From NCBI RefSeq assembly GCF_009834535.1, contig NC_045707.1:50470001-50534000 (forward strand): a stretch of DNA of 64,000 bases. The letters are read 5' to 3'. The stretch comes from Camelus ferus (taxonomy: Eukaryota). A program made the position numbers and the translations under genes. The notes beneath the pieces are model-generated. The model was not told the origin of the DNA, made no database searches, and saw nothing but the letters and a program-made list of their open reading frames with translations. Within the stretch, counting starts at the first letter, position 1; each line of letters begins with the position of its first letter. Shown one piece after another: positions 62,621 to 64,000 of this stretch.

Positions 62621-64000
62621 TTCTTCCCAGTGCAGGCACCCTTTCTATCCAAGCAGACAGCAGGTAGTGTGTGTGTAAAGCTGTACTGACTTTGAAATGT
62701 TGAATTTTTTCCCTCTAATTTGTCCTGAGCCCCTTAGGTCTTCCCCGTCCCCTGACCACTGTGTCCTGTCTCCTGGACCTTCCCCAACAACCTTGTACCA
62801 CCCAGTAGCCTAAGTGTTTACACCTGGCCCTGCTTCATGGGCCCTCCAGAACCCCTGCTCAGCCAGCTTCTCTTCTGGCTAGTCAATATCCATGCTGCAC
62901 AGGGTGTGAAACAGATTCTTTATCACTTACTTTAGTTCATTCCTGTAGCTCCCCTAAAAGGACCCTTTGTAGCTAAGCTACTAGAGCTGTAACTCATCTA
63001 AACTTCCTGAATTCAGCCTCTCTGAACTTGAGTTATTTTATGTATCACTCACACATCTACTTTCCTAAAAATCTGCTTTCATCATCTCCTCTGCTTTGAA
63101 AATTTATTGAAATGCTTACCTAATTCAATTCCATAAACTCTCAAGAGACTACTATGACAAAAACTAACCATGTTGGGCACCAAGAAGTTATAAAGATCAC
63201 ATTACCTGCTCATGAGATAGAAAATTTAAGAGGTTTGATATGAACACCAGTAAGGATGGGAGAAAGTGGAATGTAATAAGAGGCACAGGATACTATATAA
63301 TTCAGGTAAAAAATTTTGTTCTGAATGTCATCTGTTGATATTGGGGAGATGGATGCTGGCCTTATTCTTCAGCTTCAAAATCTCTTTCCTGTTTTCTCAT
63401 GGCCTCTTGCCTCCCTGTGTCCCAGTAACGCCCTTGACTTTCCCCTGCTAGCTCCATTATTTGACTCTTCTTTTCCCATGGAAACAACCAGTTTCAACAG
63501 GCCATCAAATTTCTTAGACAAAAGAGAGAAATTCTTCTTTATCTTCAAAGCTTCTTGTTAGTTGCAGTGGGCATGCTACCCATGGTGTTTCAGAGCTTGT
63601 TATGTATTGAAAAAGATTGAAAGTATTAATTTTTTACTTTACTTTTTCAATTATATAAATGAATAAATTTAAAATTGCCTTTGTCCCACCAACAAAAGAA
63701 AAGTACTATTTGCATTTTACTTTATTTTTGGTTTTATGTCTATAACTATTTCTACAAGTATGAGATTATGAAACCATATTATTTTATACCTGGTTAAAAC
63801 TAGTATTATAAGATAAGGATTCTCCTGTTACTAAAATTGATTTGAAAATGTAATTATTGCCATCATACTTCAAATCACTTAGTCATTCCTCATTGTTGTA
63901 TATTTAGGTTGTTATTATAGATGTCATGAGGGTAAAATGAGAGAATTGACGTGTAAATGTTTGGAAGAAAAATTAGAAATGACATAAAAATATAAGTTGG

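Overview
This is AT-rich, CpG-depleted, repeat-dense mammalian (eutherian) genomic DNA, either intergenic or deep intronic. I recognise no protein-coding exon, rRNA, genuine tRNA, CRISPR array or prokaryotic system, and the six-frame ORFs are almost all chance or repeat-derived. A tRNA-Ala-derived SINE (23907-24044) of the camelid Vic-1 type, artiodactyl-type L1 3' ends, and the apparent absence of Alu, B1/B2, Bov-A/Bov-tA and PRE-1 point to Camelidae. A large share of the window is old interspersed repeats: L1M, L2, MIR, MLT1/MER21/ERV1 LTRs, and Tigger and hAT MITEs. I assigned these by eye from remembered consensus motifs, so subfamily names and boundaries are approximate. The most notable observations are an end-to-end L1 with most of ORF2 deleted (18715-22650), a multi-level nested TE stack with visible TSDs (26365-30850), and several motif-dense non-repeat islands that may be enhancers. 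Those islands include a perfect DR1 next to a FOX site, a p53-half-site tandem array, AP-1 plus TEAD, posterior HOX sites and an ETS-IRF composite. A mildly CpG-retaining region at 58.6-61.7 kb contains two small ORFs below the ORF-track cutoff. I found no evidence for a novel multi-gene biological system.
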